Shown: positions 9,885 through 20,307 of the stretch, one piece after another
Layout of the letters: every line of letters starts with the position of its first letter
Position numbering within the stretch: position 1 is the first letter of the stretch
Source: a virus
Lineage: Duplodnaviria > Caudoviricetes
Virus record (IMG/VR): IMGVR_UViG_3300028833_000075
Span: 86,579 to 150,578 of that record
Direction: 5' to 3' (one strand)
DNA: 64,000 bases
Made by a program: the position numbers and the translations under genes
The notes under the pieces: model-generated
Seen by the model: only the letters and a program-made list of their open reading frames with translations
The model's database searches: none
What the model was told of the DNA's origin: nothing

Positions 9885-10787
9885 TCACGCTCCGTTCAGG
9901 TCGAGAGCTTCAACAATATATCGGAACTCTTCTATTGTTTTGTCTACGTCGTCTTTCGGCCATTCTATTTTACGAGTCATTGTATAACCGTTTGACTCCA
10001 AAAAGAACGAAGTTTCAGACCAACTGCTGAGGCCGCCCTTATCTCCAGGTTTCCGCTTTGAAGCAGAAAAGTTGCCGGACTTCGAAAGTAAATCGAATAA
10101 AGTAACAGCGTCTTTAACGTCCTGTAGGGTTGCCTGACCCGCCATATACCTGTCTTGTACTCTGTCTGCCTGTAAAGATGCTTTTGCTAATTTCTTGGCC
10201 GTGTCTCTCAGGTTGACATCGCTTAATTCGAAATCGTTCTCCAGTTGATGGTAATACTCTTCCAAGTATTTAAGTTCATCCGGCTTAAAATAGCCGTTGA
10301 ATTCTTCCGAATATGTTTTTACGTTCGGGTCTTTTTCCTCAGATTTCTCGTCTAAAACCTGCCCGGCTTCCTTTGCGTCCTGATACGTCTGAACGTTAAT
10401 ATCGTTTGTATGATCTACAAACTTATAGTTAATCTGCATAGACTTGATAACATTCTGACATGTCAGTCTGTCGAGGATGCCTTTCTTTGTTTCGTCGAAA
10501 GCTTTCTGGTAGGTCTTATTTTTGTTTGCTGCGAGTTCAGCTTTCTTTCTGGAACTGGTCCAGAGCTTCTCGTTCCATTCTCTGTTATTTTCCCAGAAAT
10601 ACTCCCTTAACTCGTCTTTCGATGCACATTTAGACACGCAGTCTTTACACCATACATCTTTTCCTAATTGTTCTGTCCAATCCCGATTGGAATAATAGTC
10701 CGTAAGAAATTTAGTCTGCTTACACTTGGAACAGATTTTTGTAACAGGAGGGGCCGCATTTCTGGGTTTTGAAGGCTTTGTCGGCAT
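9885..10787 (-). CDS. Zn-finger protein, probable terminase small subunit or packaging-associated
   Basis: CSKC...CKDC Zn ribbon; directly upstream of terL. Confidence 0.5.
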   Translation of the reverse strand: MPTKPSKPRNAAPPVTKICSKCKQTKFLTDYYSNRDWTEQLGKDVWCKDCVSKCASKDELREYFWENNREWNEKLWTSSRKKAELAANKNKTYQKAFDETKKGILDRLTCQNVIKSMQINYKFVDHTNDINVQTYQDAKEAGQVLDEKSEEKDPNVKTYSEEFNGYFKPDELKYLEEYYHQLENDFELSDVNLRDTAKKLAKASLQADRVQDRYMAGQATLQDVKDAVTLFDLLSKSGNFSASKRKPGDKGGLSSWSETSFFLESNGYTMTRKIEWPKDDVDKTIEEFRYIVEALDLNGA

Positions 10788-11167
10788 TAGATAGTGTCGT
10801 CCTTCTCTTCTTGCGCTGCTTCGATTTGCTTTGCGGCCTTTTCCAATATCTCCTGAGCTTTCTTAATTTCGTCGTGCGAAAGAACGTATTCTTCTTTCGA
10901 CGGCTCCGGCATAGTTGCTACTGTTCCGCCTTTCTTTGCAGACTTCTTTATATTCCGTTCAGCTTCAATCGTTGCATAGAATTCTACAAGTGCTGCAAAC
11001 AACGCAGGTGTCTTCCGGTACTTATATTGTGAAATACCGTAATCCTGAGTTTTACGAACAAACGTATATTTAATTCCCTTTTCTGTAAGAAATCTTACTT
11101 CCCGGAGAAACTCCGTCATGTACTCAGAATCGAATGCCTGCTTGGGTAATTTCCTTTCGTTATCCAT
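10787..11167 (-). CDS. hypothetical protein, first gene of the late operon
   Basis: 126 aa with GGAG RBS. Confidence 0.6.
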   Translation of the reverse strand: MDNERKLPKQAFDSEYMTEFLREVRFLTEKGIKYTFVRKTQDYGISQYKYRKTPALFAALVEFYATIEAERNIKKSAKKGGTVATMPEPSKEEYVLSHDEIKKAQEILEKAAKQIEAAQEEKDDTI

Positions 11168-11241
11168 AAATAATCTCTCCTTAATCTCCGAACATTAATT
11201 TAAATTTTTAGAAAAATGTTCGGTAAAAAAAATATTTGGGG

Positions 11242-11272
11242 TTCTTTCCCCTTTACATGGATTCTCGAATGT
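11242..11272 (-). promoter_or_regulatory. conserved motif (ACATTCGAGAAT....GTAAAGGGGAAAGAA), candidate phage-RNAP promoter
   Basis: matches copies at 21557-21593(-), 21613-21652(+) and 38853-38891(+); oriented into the late operon. Confidence 0.5.
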
Positions 11273-11442
11273 ACGTTTTATTTTTTCTGTAAAAAATGTT
11301 TTGTTTTTAAAAAATATTTAAGAAATAACCAACAGAGATTTACGCATTAAAGCGTGGAGATTTAATTTTGCGCAGTTTTTTAACGAGCGTAGCGAGATAG
11401 ATATACGGCAAAATCTATACAAAAACACATAGGACGAGAGGG

Positions 11443-11503
11443 GATGAGTTGATGAGATGAGTTGATGAGATGAGTTGATGAGATGAGTTGATGAGATGAG
11501 TTG
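11443..11503. repeat. 13-bp tandem repeat (GATGAGTTGATGA) x4.7
   Basis: perfect copies starting at 11443, 11456, 11469, 11482, partial at 11495. Confidence 0.95.
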
Positions 11504-11660
11504 GAAAAGAACAGATATATCTTTTTTTATTTCTACGGAAACTTTCCAGCGTAAATGGAGGGGTTCCTCGGTTAACCCGTTAGCCGGATCGCTTGACGAT
11601 CTCTCTAATTAACGGGAGAGCGCGACAGCTCAAAAAGGAGCGGCGCAAGGAGGTATTATC

Positions 11661-11816
11661 ATGAAGACCATTAGCTGCATTATCAAGAAGGTTGATCGTT
11701 TCAACTACAAAGTCGTCCTCGTTTACGAAAACGGTACCCGCAACGAACTGCCTGCAACCATGACTCTGCATACCGCCCATGAAGTCCAGAAACTGTTTCG
11801 TAAAACTGTTTCGTAA
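11661..11816 (+). CDS. small early protein (51 aa, MKTISCIIKKVDRFNYK...)
   Basis: AAGGAGG RBS, followed by a terminator hairpin; below the ORF-track cutoff. Confidence 0.65.
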   Translation: MKTISCIIKKVDRFNYKVVLVYENGTRNELPATMTLHTAHEVQKLFRKTVS

Positions 11817-11903
11817 GTAAAGAAAAGGAGCTTCGGCTCCTTTTTTTATTTTTACGAACGCTCAGACGTGAGTGTGATTTCAAAAATAAAGGAGGAAACC
11901 AAA

Positions 11904-12191
11904 ATGACAAAACATTATAACTTTACGGAGTTTCAAAAGCTTCGTAAAGACGCGGAGCGCAAAATCCGTAAAAACGACAATCCGAAATATCAGATGGTTC
12001 GTGTTATGGAGGCCGCACGATACCTCCACAACACAACCAGAAGGGAGGTTGAGCTCGCAATCGCGTACGCCGTACGTGTTGAGCTCATGGTATCCCCTGA
12101 AAAAGTCCACCCGGATGACGCCGCAGCGGCTTTTCGTTGCATCGGAAGCAATGGAAAATACAATATGCCCATCTATCAGTATATTGACTGA
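11904..12191 (+). CDS. hypothetical early protein
   Basis: AAGGAGG RBS before ATG 11904. Confidence 0.7.
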   Translation: MTKHYNFTEFQKLRKDAERKIRKNDNPKYQMVRVMEAARYLHNTTRREVELAIAYAVRVELMVSPEKVHPDDAAAAFRCIGSNGKYNMPIYQYID

Positions 12192-12271
12192 TAGGCAAAA
12201 AGACTCATTTGAGAAAACTCATTTGAGTCTTTTTTTTTATTTTAACGAACGCTGAGAAAGGAGGTTCAAGT

Positions 12272-12505
12272 ATGAAGAAGGTTTTGGCCATTCTGTTGAT
12301 GATCGTGCTACTGATCAGCACGGCCGTCGCGGAATCTTGGACTGTCTTTGTTGTCGGGTTTGACTTCTTGAATGCAGAAGTCATACTCGAGGACGAGGAC
12401 GGCTTCCAATGGTTCTGCCCATTCGGAAAGAACAATTGGGAACTCGGACAGGAGTTCGAATTGGTTTTCTCCGAAAATGGAATTGAGATCTGGGAGGTAG
12501 AATAA
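12272..12505 (+). CDS. small secreted/membrane protein
   Basis: signal peptide MKKVLAILLMIVLLISTAVA; AAGGAGG RBS. Confidence 0.7.
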   Translation: MKKVLAILLMIVLLISTAVAESWTVFVVGFDFLNAEVILEDEDGFQWFCPFGKNNWELGQEFELVFSENGIEIWEVE

Positions 12506-13013
12506 CCGGATTTCTAAGAGCGCAGCAATCCAGCTACGCTCTTTTTTTATTTTTAACGAACACCAAAGAAAGGAGGTGCCAATATGGCAACAGTAATAGT
12601 TGCTGTCATTCTGGCGGCGTTGTTGCTTCCGGACGTAATCCGCTATTACGCAGATTACTATAGAAAGTAAAAAAAGGAGGTGGTCAAACATGTTAGAGAT
12701 TATTATAAAGTCTCTGGCATTGCTTCTCCCCTTAGGAGGAGCATCGTCTTGGATAATTCTTAAATTATCCAAGAAATGGGAACGGGAGTAATCCCGTTCC
12801 TTTTTTTTATTTTTTACGGCGGTCCGCCGGAGCACCTTGAGAAAGTGCGACCTTGGCATTAAAACCGCACAACCGTTGTCTCGATTTAACCCAAGCCTGA
12901 GTCTGTCCCGACTCCGCTTGTGGGGATGCAGTCCCGGGGAGCCCCGGCGTACGCGAAAACGAAACGGGTTCGCAAACATTATAGACAGCTGAAAAGACAG
13001 CAGGAGGTACATT

Positions 13014-16000
13014 ATGAAAAAGACTTGGTCTGAAATCATCACCACAACCCTGAAGGCGGCTCGGATTCCCGCCAACATCATCATCCTGATCCTCACGCTG
13101 GGAAAGAACAACCTTACGGAGATCATTTACTCTGCCAACATGGCGGCTTTGACCACGCTCCCCGGCATTGCTGAGAAGCGGGCCACCGTCATCATCGCCG
13201 CCCTGAAGCAGAAGCTGATGGATGGAAGACTCAGCACCAAAGCTGAGAAACGGGAGAAGGCTCCCGGATACAGTCTGAAGTCATTCGCTAAAGAAGAGCT
13301 TTGGCGGGACGTTCTCGATCTTGCGGTCAGCATCGCAGAATATCGTCCGCAGAAAGACGAAGATCCTGCGATCCGTCAGCGGTATGCCATCATGCTGAAG
13401 GATCTGGAAAACAAGGTCTTCGGCATGAAGTTGACAGTGCGGCAGAAGATGGGCCGCATCGTTCGTCTGAACAAGTCAGCCGTTTCTGAAGTGCTGGGTA
13501 TCCAGTATGACGAAAAGACGCCGACCAATCGGCTCACTGTTGTTGAGCATGGAGTGCAGGAATTGTTCAGCTTCAGCCCGGCACTATTTAGCAACGATCT
13601 TCGAATTGGCAACGAACTCCAAATTGAATTCCAGAAGCGTATTATGCGCAAGCTGGTTACTGAAGGAGTTGCTGTCATCGGTAGAGATGTGAAGCTCTAC
13701 GGTGTTCTGGCAAGCTCCAGCTCCCACCAGAAACAGGAAAAGGTTCTGATGGTGGGGTCTACTGAACTGAAAGAACATAAAGAGTTCTTCTGGTTCGGAA
13801 AGAGTCTGAATGAATTTGCAACTGAGACGAAAATGCTCGGAGCAGAGAGGCTTAAGGCAACAGCGAACTTGATTAGGCCTTGGATGAAACCGTTCACAAC
13901 AAAGAACGGCGAAACCATCAAAATGAAGGACGTTCTCTTCGTAAAAGACGTAGAGAAAGTTTACTTCATCAAGAACGCTCGCACTATTGGTTCGCTTAAT
14001 GGAGCGAACTACAAAGACGGACCCGCCAAGGAATCCAAAGTACTTGGCGATGGAGCAATTATCTCTCTGGTTGCACTTGAATTCCAGGGACAGTGCTCAA
14101 GCACGGGACTTAAAGGATTCCTATGCGATGGTACGAGCGCTATCAAAGCGCTGTGCGAAAAGCACAACCTTACTCTGAAAGAGTTCTACGAGCTGCAGGT
14201 CGAAGGAATCGATGGAAAACTCCATCGTATCGGAGACTATAAAGCTATTTCAGGAGAAGGATGCTGGAAGCTTGACAAAGCATTCAGTAGCTTTAACAAC
14301 TACATGGAATGGCTTGTAGAACTATCTGAGCGGTACAACGGTCTGGATAACCTGTATCTGCTCCGTCAGGCAGAGGAAATCGAAGACGAAGAAAAGGTTC
14401 GCCGTCTAACTAAGTCTTTGATCCAGCAGTGGATGTACATGTCTGCTGCTGAAATCCGGAAGCTGACGAGAAACGCACGGAATGATCTGAAGAAGGCAAA
14501 AACCTTCGCAGGTTCTGTGAAGAAACTTGCAGGTCTTTGGAAAGCAAGCGAAGACAGAACAGCTGTAGAAAATCTCTTCTACGCATCTCCGTGGTTGATT
14601 GTGAATCCGGTCATCCAGCAGTATCTGGAAGAAAGCTGGAACCGGAAGGTAATCGAAGCTGCATCCTGCAAATTTAGAACGCAGGGACAGTACCCGTACA
14701 TCATGCAGGATCCGGTTGCCCTGCTTGAAGTTTGGGTTCTCGGAATGGATCCCAACCGTGATGATCTCGGGATTCTGAAGGGAGATGAGGTCAGCGTTGC
14801 TGACGTACCAGAAGACAAAGAGCTTCTGTGTGTCCGTTTCCCGGCGAACTTCCTCACGGCTATGGTTATGAAGAACCGTGCCTGCCGCGAAGTGTTCGAC
14901 AGCTTGAACGGAGTAATGGTAATATCCATTTACTCTGATATCCTGATTCGTCAGGATGGCGATGTAGATGGCGACGAAATGTGCGTCATCTACGACAAGT
15001 TAGCGATCGCGCTGACCAAGCGGATGAACGAGAAATACAATCCGCCTGTCGTGCTGTTCGCACATGGATCCAAAGCTGAACGGCATGGGTACGCCGACGC
15101 CAAGGAATTCCTGAATGACGTTGCAGATGCTCTTTGGAGAGCAAAGCGGTATGACAGCGTCGGCATCTACGCCAACCTTGCGATGAAATGTTGCTATCTC
15201 GCTTCTGTATACGAAGCGAAGGGCGATACGAAGCGTAGGGATCTGGCGTTAATTTGGATGTCTGCCGCTTCAACAGGAGCGATCCTGGCGATTGACCAAG
15301 TCAAGGGCAATGCCGTTGACGAGGGTTTGATTAACTGGATTGAAATAATCCAAAAGTCCGTCAGAAAAGCGTTCAAAGAGATCGCCGCCGAAATGGGCTT
15401 CTGCAAGGAAGAACAGTCCCGGAGACAGTCTCCGTTCACGCACTTCTATAACGAAGCGGCGAAGCGGCGTCCGATCACCATGGACGTGTGCCTGCCTGCC
15501 AACAAAGATAACTTTGTTGATCAGGTTAGCAACATCATTCTGCATGACGCTGGAACATGGAGCGAGTTCGATGCACAGGGCGTCGTCTGGAATACAGACG
15601 CGGCCTGCGAAGCGCTGCTTGATCACTCCATGCCCATGGAGATGAAAGTCAAGTACGGCGTCGTGTCACAGAAGCTGATCAACACGCTCGGCGAAAACTG
15701 GTTCAAGTTCGCGGCAAAGGCTGATGAGGTCGACGCGACACTGGAGACCAGAAAGAAGCTGAAAGTCGGAGGCCAGCTTGGTATGAAGGAATTCATGCTG
15801 CTGCTGTGGAGAAACGAAAGCTCCATGGCCTACAGCATGGAAGGCCGCACTCTCTGGGAAAAGAAAGAGGAGTATTACGACACATGTCGTGAACTCATCC
15901 AGATGTTCCTCGAATCTGGAGACTGGGTAAACAAGTACGCCAAATCGTTCCCGGAAGGCTACGAGTTCACTATGACTGAGCGTTGGACAATTACCGTGAA

Positions 16001-16346
16001 TGCGGTGATCCGCGACGCTCTTGAACTGAACGGCGGGAACGGTGTCGATAAGAAAGGTTCCTATGCCATGTTCTGTCTGAGAGTGTTCGCCAGTGACATT
16101 CTTGCGAATCTGAAGAAGAACCGGGTGGATAACGCCCGGTTCCTTCTGTCAGATGCGTATATGGATGACATCATAGCAGACTTGGATTTCGAGAAAGCTC
16201 AGGAAACTCTTGAGCTGTTCGAGAATGCTCCGATTCAGGATGTTTGCATCAACGAACCGGAAGAGTTCCAGCCGGTGAATGACGATGATTCGTTCTGGTT
16301 CTCGGACGAAGCTCCCGACGACGAGAGCGTCCCGGAAGAGATCTGA
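13014..16346 (+). CDS. YonO-like single-subunit (two-barrel) DNA-dependent RNA polymerase #1
   Basis: catalytic motif RQDGDVDGDE, upstream CVRFP (R-x-P), GLKG, IDQVKG; N-terminal helix-hairpin-helix LTTLPGIAEKRA; acidic tail. Confidence 0.8.
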   Translation: MKKTWSEIITTTLKAARIPANIIILILTLGKNNLTEIIYSANMAALTTLPGIAEKRATVIIAALKQKLMDGRLSTKAEKREKAPGYSLKSFAKEELWRDVLDLAVSIAEYRPQKDEDPAIRQRYAIMLKDLENKVFGMKLTVRQKMGRIVRLNKSAVSEVLGIQYDEKTPTNRLTVVEHGVQELFSFSPALFSNDLRIGNELQIEFQKRIMRKLVTEGVAVIGRDVKLYGVLASSSSHQKQEKVLMVGSTELKEHKEFFWFGKSLNEFATETKMLGAERLKATANLIRPWMKPFTTKNGETIKMKDVLFVKDVEKVYFIKNARTIGSLNGANYKDGPAKESKVLGDGAIISLVALEFQGQCSSTGLKGFLCDGTSAIKALCEKHNLTLKEFYELQVEGIDGKLHRIGDYKAISGEGCWKLDKAFSSFNNYMEWLVELSERYNGLDNLYLLRQAEEIEDEEKVRRLTKSLIQQWMYMSAAEIRKLTRNARNDLKKAKTFAGSVKKLAGLWKASEDRTAVENLFYASPWLIVNPVIQQYLEESWNRKVIEAASCKFRTQGQYPYIMQDPVALLEVWVLGMDPNRDDLGILKGDEVSVADVPEDKELLCVRFPANFLTAMVMKNRACREVFDSLNGVMVISIYSDILIRQDGDVDGDEMCVIYDKLAIALTKRMNEKYNPPVVLFAHGSKAERHGYADAKEFLNDVADALWRAKRYDSVGIYANLAMKCCYLASVYEAKGDTKRRDLALIWMSAASTGAILAIDQVKGNAVDEGLINWIEIIQKSVRKAFKEIAAEMGFCKEEQSRRQSPFTHFYNEAAKRRPITMDVCLPANKDNFVDQVSNIILHDAGTWSEFDAQGVVWNTDAACEALLDHSMPMEMKVKYGVVSQKLINTLGENWFKFAAKADEVDATLETRKKLKVGGQLGMKEFMLLLWRNESSMAYSMEGRTLWEKKEEYYDTCRELIQMFLESGDWVNKYAKSFPEGYEFTMTERWTITVNAVIRDALELNGGNGVDKKGSYAMFCLRVFASDILANLKKNRVDNARFLLSDAYMDDIIADLDFEKAQETLELFENAPIQDVCINEPEEFQPVNDDDSFWFSDEAPDDESVPEEI

Positions 16347-16435
16347 CACTTGCAACATGGAGACTGCTGAAAAGCGGTCTCCTTTTTTTATTTTCACGCA
16401 GACGGAAGTCTAGCAAAAATAAAGGAGGAGATCCC

Positions 16436-16849
16436 ATGTTCCAGATTTTATTCAAAGACGACGAAGGTCGCGATGTCCTTATGATGGACAAAATGACTGA
16501 AAAGATGGCTGATATCACTATCCAGCGGCTTTCAAATTCTGGCATCAGAGCCGTAAAAGTGAATGCTGCTGAAAAGAAATATCACCTTGCAAAAGTGGTA
16601 TTTGACCTTCAGTTGATCTCGGCTGCCAAAAAGGCCATAAAGAATGGCACCGAGATGAAAGGCGTCTACACCTTTGGAGATCCTGACAAGATCGCTAAAG
16701 AAGATTCTGCTGTTGTTGTTGAGTGTACCACTGGCAAAAAGAAAGTCGCATATGTCGTCTGCCTGTGGATGGCGACCGCCGAAGAGATTAAGGCTTTTAA
16801 GTCCAAGATTGGTTATTCAAAACTTGGTCTTTGTTGTGGAAAGATATAA
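16436..16849 (+). CDS. hypothetical protein
   Basis: 137 aa, AAGGAGG RBS. Confidence 0.7.
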   Translation: MFQILFKDDEGRDVLMMDKMTEKMADITIQRLSNSGIRAVKVNAAEKKYHLAKVVFDLQLISAAKKAIKNGTEMKGVYTFGDPDKIAKEDSAVVVECTTGKKKVAYVVCLWMATAEEIKAFKSKIGYSKLGLCCGKI

Positions 16850-16904
16850 AGAGTGAAAGGAGATAATCAAAGAGAGCTTCGGCTCTCTTTTTTTTATTTT
16901 TACG

Positions 16905-17800
16905 GCAGCCTGAGCCAAGGGGAGTGAAAGCTCCCCAAATTCAGGCAGGGCGACCCATTTTTCAGGCGGGGGGAATTTTTCCGCTTCGCTACTCTGCGCC
17001 TTTTCCGAGGATCTCGACACGCGAAGAGTGGCCACCTTGCGGTGGCCGTGGAAAGTGCATGACTGCAATCTCCATGATTGCAGTTTCTGCGTAGTATCGC
17101 CAGAGATCGCCTTGCGGCGGCAACGGGACACGGTAGGCTGGCAACTACCGCAGGGGCATCACCTGTAAAAGCTTCGGCGCATTGATGCTGGCCCAACGTG
17201 TACCCTGCATGAGTGGTACACCGAACAGGGCATCCTAGCTGGCTGGCAGCGAGCCGCAGTAGACACCTGCGTTACGCAAGCCGTTGGAATAACGTAGAAG
17301 CCCGCATGCGACAGCGTGAACATGCCGCAGGAGTGCGTGAAACCCCGGCGACCTGCTATAGTCGTGAGCCCACCCAGAGGGCTGGGCGGCAGAAACGTTG
17401 CGAAGGCTGTCAGATAGACAGTCGTAAACACCCAAAGACCATGCTGTGCGGTAGAACACCGTAGAACGGACGCGAAAATCCGTGGCGGCGCAGAAGCTAC
17501 CCTGCGTTATCAAAGCAGGCCTTGGCGGTTGGTGAATGATAGGGGAACCGCTCTCAGGACGCACAGTGCCACAAGTGCGTGTACGAGAAGACAGCAGGCA
17601 CAGACCAGATGGTCGACACTCTGGTTCCCTTTGCAGAGGGCACCCGAATGGACTGCAATCTATTTCGGGTGTAATGCGCCGCCGCCGAGTCCCAAGCCTC
17701 GGGGTTTATACGCAGGTACGTCCGGGTACACGTTACTGCCCACCATATTTCACTTCCGCAGCGTTGTGCTGAGAACAGCGTTGCGTTGTTGTGTGCCTTT
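16905..17800 (+). ncRNA. large structured non-coding RNA (about 900 nt), family unassigned
   Basis: GC-rich, no credible ORF; nested long-range helices 17195-17205/17724-17734, 17265-17272/17710-17717, 17340-17347/17700-17707; many local hairpins. Confidence 0.6.
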
Positions 17801-17857
17801 CCGACCGCCTTGCGGCTGGTTTGGAATATGAGAAATAATTTTCAGGGAGGTAGAACC

Positions 17858-18037
17858 ATGTCGAAAGTGAATGAGATGAATTTTGTCCTTCAGGGGCTGT
17901 ATAAAGAGCTGAATGCTCTGAAGAAGGCTCAGCCGACTGAAAGGAACCTGGAAGCTGTTCGCTCGATTGAAAAACGGGCGAAAGAACTGACGATCGCCAT
18001 CCGCCAGTATAAGCTGTCCAGGGGAATGGCTGCTTAA
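17858..18037 (+). CDS. small hypothetical protein
   Basis: GGGAGG RBS, 59 aa. Confidence 0.65.
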   Translation: MSKVNEMNFVLQGLYKELNALKKAQPTERNLEAVRSIEKRAKELTIAIRQYKLSRGMAA

Positions 18038-18343
18038 TTAATTACCTGCCCTGGCTGCTGCTACGCGCCGGTCGGGGCGGAAGATGTTCGACTCAGCCGT
18101 CGTGGTTTCCCTTCTCCACGGCTGGCTGACTTGAGCACCTTCTTCTTCATCCGGGTACAGCCCGGCACCTCCTTTCTTCAACTTGGACAGGGTAGGGGAC
18201 AACCCTGTTCGAGGGCAGGCATGCGTCGGATGACGTGTGCCTGTTTTTTTGTTTCGTCAAATCCGGATTATTTCCGGTGGGGATATTTTCCGAGGGCGGG
18301 GAATTTTTCGCTCACGCTCAATTTGGAATACGGAGGTATTCAT

Positions 18344-18505
18344 ATGCAGAAAATGATTCCGAAATTGAAGATGTCAAAGAAAGCCCGTGACGAGCTGAAC
18401 AAGCAGAAACGAGCCACTTGGGCATTCTCTCCTGTCTCGCGGGTTAAGCAATCTAAGAAGGTTTACAACCGAAAGCGGTCGCGTAGACCTGACGTTGTGG
18501 ATTAA
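18344..18505 (+). CDS. small basic protein
   Basis: GGAGG RBS; MQKMIPKLKMSKKARDELNKQKRATW...SKKVYNRKR. Confidence 0.65.
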   Translation: MQKMIPKLKMSKKARDELNKQKRATWAFSPVSRVKQSKKVYNRKRSRRPDVVD

Positions 18506-18907
18506 CCGCCTTACGGCGGGAACGGGATATGAGGATTCGTTCCTCCGCCAAATTGCTTGAAAGGAGGACTGCAGATTGCATAGCTACACCGCATACACCT
18601 ATTCGGACTACTGGCGTGAATTGCCTGCCCCTGTAGTCCTCCCAAGACCACATAAAACGATTGGCCGCAAGCTTTGCGGTCATGACTCGACGACTCCGCC
18701 GTTGGATTTCCGATCAAATCCAGAATCCCCTGTTTGACTGCAAGTAAGACGTACAGGGAATCAAAAGAGTCCGGTGGAGTAACAGTGCACGGTGAAACAC
18801 CCCGTCTCGACGAGCGGGCAGGACGAGTACAGAGAGATGGAAAGTCCTGTAGAAGTCGCTAGCTGGAAACCGCAAGCCCAGCTGACGGAATTTAAGGAGG
18901 TAATAAC

Positions 18908-19354
18908 ATGGAACGCAAGCAGATCGAAATCTACACTGACGGCGCTTGCTCCGGTAATCCCGGCCCCGGGGGTTACGCCGCCATTCTCGTATTCGGAGAA
19001 CAGAGGAAGGAAATTGCCGGATACGAATCCCGTACAACTAACAACCGTATGGAAATCCGGGCCGCCATCGAAGCAATCCGGAAGCTCAGGATGCCGTGCA
19101 ACATCCTGATCGGCACCGATTCGCAGATCCTCATCAACACTCTTGTTAATTTGGACGAAATGCCTGCAAAAGGCTGGAAGACCAAGACGGGCGCTAAGAG
19201 AGCAAACTGCGACCTGCTTCAGGAACTTTATGCTGTAAAACACGATGGACAACATGAGATCCGGTACCAGTACATCGAAGGTCACAGCGGTAATACCTAC
19301 AATGAACGCTGTGACATGCTAGCCAAAGAGCAGATTCAGCTCCATTCGAGGTAA
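18908..19354 (+). CDS. rnhA: ribonuclease HI
   Basis: IYTDGACSGNPGPGG, TTNNRME, TDSQ, GHSG..NERCDMLA. Confidence 0.95.
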   Translation: MERKQIEIYTDGACSGNPGPGGYAAILVFGEQRKEIAGYESRTTNNRMEIRAAIEAIRKLRMPCNILIGTDSQILINTLVNLDEMPAKGWKTKTGAKRANCDLLQELYAVKHDGQHEIRYQYIEGHSGNTYNERCDMLAKEQIQLHSR

Positions 19355-19468
19355 TCTTATGGAATACGAAGCTTATGAACCAGACCCAAATGACGAATAC
19401 TACGACCAGATGTGTGAAGTTGCGTATGCAAACATGTTTAACCTTTTCTCACTAAAGGAGGAAGATGA

Positions 19469-19777
19469 ATGACTCTTGTAAACGAACTGTCTTGTCTAGG
19501 TTTAATCGTCCTGAGTTTTATTGCAGGACTAAGGTTGGACAACTACTACCGAACGAGGGCTGATGCAGAAAAGAAAGATGCCCTCGAAAGGCAATTTCTC
19601 CGACTGAGAGCTCATGCCGATGCGGATGACCCTGCTCGCCCTTACGGAGTTCCTCAAATGCCTCAGCCTATCCCGGTTTCCGAAACTCCGCAGCCGATTT
19701 CCCAGGAGTTCATGGACGAACTCAAAACGACCGGAAGGGCTAAGACATCCTTTCGTAAATCCGACCTGACTAAGTAA
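19469..19777 (+). CDS. membrane-anchored hypothetical protein
   Basis: N-terminal hydrophobic helix; GGAGG RBS. Confidence 0.65.
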   Translation: MTLVNELSCLGLIVLSFIAGLRLDNYYRTRADAEKKDALERQFLRLRAHADADDPARPYGVPQMPQPIPVSETPQPISQEFMDELKTTGRAKTSFRKSDLTK

Positions 19778-19917
19778 GCCCAGCCTTGCGGCTGGTTTGG
19801 GAAATGGAATCGTACTCTGGTCGATTCTCTCAACATCTTAATCCAGAGCGCTGACGTGGATTAGCGTTGACCACGATTGAACTTGTTAAAATAATAAAAA
19901 TATTGGAGGAAAAAACA

Positions 19918-20307
19918 ATGACTATTACTTTTGACGGAAACATCGGTAAGGACGCCACCCTGCGCACTGTGAAAGTTGGCGGCGAGGACACTAAGGTTTG
20001 CTCTTTCTGGGTCGCGGAAAACATCAGCAAGCGCGACGGCTCCAACAAGACCCTGTGGCACAAGGTGACTATCTGGCGCGGCTATGCTGAGAAGATGGCT
20101 CAGTACCTGAAGAAGGGCCGCCATGTGCTGGTGGAAGGCTATGCCGAGGCTAAGACCTACACCACGCAGGACAACCGGATCGTTCCCTACATCGACGTGC
20201 AGCCCGGCATCGGCGGCAAGATGAAGCTGCTGGACAAGAACACCGCTGAGGAGGTTCCGCCGGAAGCTGAAGCAGCCGCTGACATGGAGACTCCGTGGGA
20301 CGAATAA
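19918..20307 (+). CDS. ssb: single-stranded DNA-binding protein (1 of 3)
   Basis: GNIGKD, WHKVTIW, LKKGRHVLVEG, acidic tail ETPWDE. Confidence 0.9.
   Translation: MTITFDGNIGKDATLRTVKVGGEDTKVCSFWVAENISKRDGSNKTLWHKVTIWRGYAEKMAQYLKKGRHVLVEGYAEAKTYTTQDNRIVPYIDVQPGIGGKMKLLDKNTAEEVPPEAEAAADMETPWDE

Noticed and set aside
11443-11503. CRISPR array
   Set aside because: Contiguous 13-bp repeats with no spacers; no cas operon (the PD-(D/E)XK gene sits in the replication module)
12308-13126. 272-aa minus-strand ORF
   Set aside because: Crosses plus-strand genes and terminators; implausible composition
16817-17831. Several 80-110-aa ORFs in the GC-rich stretch
   Set aside because: Overlapping in multiple frames, no RBS, Arg/Ala/Pro-rich; better explained as structured RNA
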